Positions 7,567 through 10,691 of a stretch of 10,691 nucleotides of DNA are shown here, one piece after another. The notes beneath the pieces were generated by a model. The model was not told where the DNA came from. It saw nothing but the letters and a program-made list of their open reading frames with translations, and did not search any database. Every line of letters begins with the position of its first letter. The first letter of the stretch is position 1. A program made the position numbers and the translations under genes. The DNA comes from an uncultured Nitrososphaerota archaeon (GTDB lineage: Archaea; Thermoproteota; Nitrososphaeria; Conexivisphaerales; DTJL01), in NCBI GenBank assembly GCA_963842885.1, contig CAWJIE010000011.1, positions 1 to 10,691 of the forward strand, read 5' to 3'.

Positions 7567-7698
7567 ATGGGCCAAACAGGAAACGGACTAGAACCATGGG
7601 TCTTTGCGCTGCTGCTACTGCTTTGCATCGGAGCCATCATTGTACTTGCCGTGGTGTGGCTGGTCCCTCCCGTTCCAACCGGTCCGTACCTTGGCTGA
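7567..7698 (+). CDS. Small single-pass membrane protein, 43 aa (73 aa if started at ATG 7477, which overlaps the upstream TGA)
   Basis: MGQTGNGLEPWVFALLLLLCIGAIIVLAVVWLVPPVPTGPYLG contains one clean hydrophobic helix of ~22 residues. It fills the gap between two co-oriented genes. Confidence 0.6.
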   Translation: MGQTGNGLEPWVFALLLLLCIGAIIVLAVVWLVPPVPTGPYLG

Positions 7699-7759
7699 TG
7701 GTCATATCCTTGGTTCCGACAGACTGTCCGCTCTAGCTCTGGGAGAAGGATAGCATCCC

Positions 7760-8437
7760 TTGTTGGTGAGCATCGTCATTCCAGCTCTGGATGAGGAGGA
7801 CGGTATCTCGCTGACTCTTGACCGGTTGCCCATCGACGAGCTGCGTCAGTCTGGCTACGATGTCGAGGTGGTCGTGGTAGACGGCAACTCCAGGGATAGA
7901 ACTAGGGAAGTGGCCCACAGGAACGGTGCTCGTGTCGTTCTTGAGACTAGGTCCGGCTATGGCAGAGCCTGTAAGACGGGATTCCAGGCGGCAACGGGCG
8001 AAGTCATTGTGACCGCCGACGCCGATGGTACCTATCCGGAACAAAGGATCCCCGGTCTTGTGGACTTGGTGGTCAAAGGCGGCTACGATTTCGTGACGAC
8101 CAGTAGGATGGGGCATGTCGACGACGGGGCGATGAGCGGGACAGTCAGATTCGGGAACCGCATCCTGTCGCGGACCGCTTCTCTCCTTTTCCCGATCAGA
8201 GTCGTCGATTCGCAATCTGGCATGTGGGCATTCAAGCGCAGCTTCGTCGACGCCCTCGGCGCCAAATCGAACGGGATGCCATTCTCCGAAGAGCTGAAGA
8301 TTAGGGCGAGCCTTAGGGGTAGGGTCGTCGAGGTCCCGATAGTATATAGGCGCCGGGTTGGCCATGGGAAGCTGCACGTCTTCAGGGACGGCCTCTCCAA
8401 TCTGCTGTACCTGTTCTACCTGAGGATGACCCTATGA
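7760..8437 (+). CDS. Glycosyltransferase family 2, dolichol/polyprenol-phosphate-sugar synthase-like (DPM1-like), 225 aa, TTG start
   Basis: SIVIPALDEE, VVVVDGNSRDRT, GYG, the DxD motif in TADADGTYP, and the DSQSGMWAF and EVPIVYRRRVG motifs are typical of DPM/DPG synthase-like GT2s. A purine-rich GGGAGAAGGA lies upstream. Confidence 0.93.
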   Translation: MLVSIVIPALDEEDGISLTLDRLPIDELRQSGYDVEVVVVDGNSRDRTREVAHRNGARVVLETRSGYGRACKTGFQAATGEVIVTADADGTYPEQRIPGLVDLVVKGGYDFVTTSRMGHVDDGAMSGTVRFGNRILSRTASLLFPIRVVDSQSGMWAFKRSFVDALGAKSNGMPFSEELKIRASLRGRVVEVPIVYRRRVGHGKLHVFRDGLSNLLYLFYLRMTL

Positions 8438-8460
8438 GGATTCCCAGGGGACAGCTCTAG

Positions 8461-10565
8461 TTGGCGTCTCCGTCAAGGTCAAAGCTGGGTTCACGTCTTG
8501 GACAGCTTGCCCCAGCGCTTCTCCCAACAATGGCAGCATTCCTGATTACGTTCCTTCTCCAGTTACCATATCTTGTTCCCACTGGGTCAGACGTCGGTCA
8601 CTACTTGGCTCTAGCACGAACCTTCCCAGCGAACCTGACCTACTCGCCGATGATTCCACTTTTGATGTCGCCCTTCGCTCGATGGGTCTCTCTCGGTAGC
8701 TACATTCCCTTGAAGCTCTTCATAGCGATTGTCTTCAGTTTAATGGTCCTCTCTTTCTTCGTTCTAGTCAACGAGGCCAGTTCGGACGTCAGAGTCGCCT
8801 TCTTGGGCGCAGTCCTGACAGCGTTCAGTGGCCTTCAGCTTGAGTCGGTCGCCTGGGGCGCCTTGCCCCAGATCCTTGCGCTGGGATTTTCCTTCGCCTC
8901 GTTGAACTTCGCGATAAGGTGGACGAGGACGGACGACTTGCGAAATGCCGTGCTAGCAGGGGCCTTCCTCGGGCTCACGTTTCTAACGCATGACATCACT
9001 TCGGTCTTTGCCCTGGTTTCATGCCTTGCCTACGCGCTGATGGCAAGGCCTCGAACCATGTTCCGGGGTCTAGCCCTCGGAGGAGCAGTCTCAGCGCCGT
9101 GTGCCTTGGTCGGCGTCCTGGTCCTGGCCCCGCAGAACATGGTAAGCGTTACTCCTCTGGTCGCGCATTTGTCCCCCGGCCTGGCCTACCTTATACTCGT
9201 GCGTATCGCCGGGTGGAGTGGCGTCGCTGACCTTGCTTCACTGGCGAGCCTCCTGTTCCTAATGCTCTTCTCTCTGGCGACGATTCTGCTGGGAGGCAGG
9301 TTGAAGCGGTCGCTCAGGCTTCTCCTTCCCAGCATCGCGCTGGGCTCGCTGGCTGTGGCATTCTTTACGCCGATTCAGTTCCCGGACAGGTGGAGCTACT
9401 TCCTCTTCTTCCCGGTGGCGCTCTCGGCTTGTTTATGCGGGACGCTTCTGGTACGGCGAAGCTGGTCCCAGTTGCTCGTAGTGGTTCTGGTCCTCATGAC
9501 CGTCATTGGCGGGGCGGCACACTTCTACTCTGCCGGGAACTTCTACGGCTCTGTAACGGCGACCGACCTTCAGGCCTTTGACTGCTCAAGGCTAACGGTC
9601 AGACGCAGGATGGGGTCATCATGTACACCTCGTCTTCTGTTGCACAATCCTGGTGGTTGGAAGGGGTGACTCTTATGCGGCCGTTCGCCGTTGGCGACAC
9701 GCAATGGTTCCTTCTGAAGGACGAGAGGGCAAGCTCTATTGCGGGGATACTGGGAGTGAGTGGAACCTACTTCGTCGACGGTGGAGACGTCAAAGTCGTC
9801 GAATCCTACCCCTATGCAGCCAACCACGCGCCTGGCATATTCGTCTATGATGGGATTAACTTCTTCGAAGCGTTTTCCTACAACGATGACGGTCTCAATC
9901 TCATGTTCTCGCCTCCTGACAACGCATCTCTGGTTTGGAACGAATCTCTGTACTATGCGCCTTCCAAGGGAGCAATAGTTTGGAATTCATCGGCGGGGGT
10001 GATTACCGGAACGGCAAGCTTCTCATGGGATAGGGTCGTGGCTACGCGAACTGTGCGCATCGGGGATGGCCTTCCCGTCGCTGTTACATACACTCTGATC
10101 TTCAACAACTCCGTTCCCGTCAGCGTGAAGGCGAAGTTCCCGCAGCCGGACTACACAACCTACACCAACCTGCAATCTCTCGGTCCTGGAGTACTTGGTT
10201 TCAAGTCGGTCAACAGGGCCGGAGACGTTGTGGGGGACGCGCTGAGCTATTCCGTTGAAGGCGCCACCCAAGTGGGCCAAGCTGTCATGACACCCACAAG
10301 CTGGGGGACTCAGCAGATCGAATTAGACTTCAGACCTGACCCTGGCGTCACCACCGTGACCCTGAATTTCCAGTCATCTGTCGATGGCTATACCATCCAC
10401 GCTCCCACACTTGTCAATACAGACTTGATGCTGGCTGCCAACGGGGTCAAATACGTGGTCCTCGACGATTGGGCTTCGAACACGATACAGCGGCTGCGTG
10501 ACCCTGACTTCGAACTCAAAGCTCAGTTCGGGGACGTGCTCATATACGAATTCGTTGGTGGCTAG
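8461..10565 (+). CDS. Second GT-C-type multi-pass membrane protein with an AglB/STT3-like soluble domain, ~701 aa once a 1-nt deletion at ~9584 is repaired (track ORFs 8461..9669 and 9621..10565 are one gene)
   Basis: GSDVGHY (8584-8604) and YSP loop motifs are followed by many TM helices. Adding one G to GAC-TG-CTC gives DLQAFD-W-LKANGQTQDGVIMYTSSS, which joins the 9621 frame and parallels DEYAAGQWLSQNTPANGYILT in ORF 68..2482. The C-terminus MLAANGVKYVVLD...FELKAQFGDVLIYEF is STT3-core-like. The start codon is uncertain. Confidence 0.82.
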
Positions 10566-10569
10566 TAGT

Positions 10570-10686
10570 CCGCGTCTGCCTCTTTGTTCGAAGTACTTCC
10601 CTCTCCGTCCTTCGGGGTGCAGTAGCATCCCGCAAGGCTCCGAAGGCCGTTCAGGCCTTTGCGCAATGAACCATGCTCAGACGCGG
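10570..10686. other. Inverted-repeat-rich segment after the last gene (possible structured 3' UTR or terminator region)
   Basis: CCGCGTCTG (10570-10578) and CAGACGCGG (10678-10686) form a perfect 9-bp inverted repeat. It encloses hairpins CGGGGTGC-AGTA-GCATCCCG (10613-10632) and AAGGCC-GTTCA-GGCCTT (10643-10659). Confidence 0.3.
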
Positions 10687-10691
10687 CTCCA

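Noticed and set aside
115-10628. The many alternative-frame and antisense ORFs in the track (e.g. 115..594, 1642..2235, 3378..4103, 6349..6990, 7733..8377, 10374..10628)
   Set aside because: They overlap well-supported genes, are Arg/Pro/Gly-rich or motif-free, and are the expected shadows of GC-rich coding DNA.
10570-10686. 5S rRNA or tRNA, suggested by the ~117-nt length and 9-bp terminal stem
   Set aside because: The conserved 5S loop C (CCGAAC) context and helix layout are missing on both strands, and no cloverleaf or properly placed T-loop is present.
1-10691. CRISPR arrays, transposases, integrases, defence or toxin-antitoxin genes
   Set aside because: No spaced direct repeats or relevant protein motifs were seen, and the window is almost fully accounted for by the seven + strand genes.

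Overview
A co-oriented (+ strand), GC-rich cell-surface glycosylation gene cluster, most likely archaeal. That assignment is inferred from TATA/BRE-like elements, frequent TTG/GTG starts, AglB-like membrane proteins and a sequon-rich surface protein with a C-terminal anchor. Gene order: (1) an 804-aa multi-pass GT-C-type protein with an AglB/STT3-like soluble domain that lacks WWDYG, plus a beta-rich C-terminal domain; (2) a family-5 (DppA/OppA-type) solute-binding protein whose conserved blocks appear circularly permuted, fused to two PEGA-like repeats and a C-terminal TM anchor, with no permease or ATPase gene in the window; (3) a GT4 glycosyltransferase; (4) a Gfo/Idh/MocA oxidoreductase broken by a 1-nt insertion near 6649; (5) a ~43-aa single-pass membrane protein; (6) a DPM1-like GT2; (7) a second AglB-like GT-C protein of ~701 aa broken by a 1-nt deletion near 9584. 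Both frameshifts look like single-base indels and may be sequencing errors. No RNA genes, CRISPR arrays or mobile elements were seen. The most interesting items are the permuted SBP-PEGA protein and the pair of WWDYG-less AglB-like transferases that bracket the cluster. All family calls come from reading motifs by eye; no searches were run.
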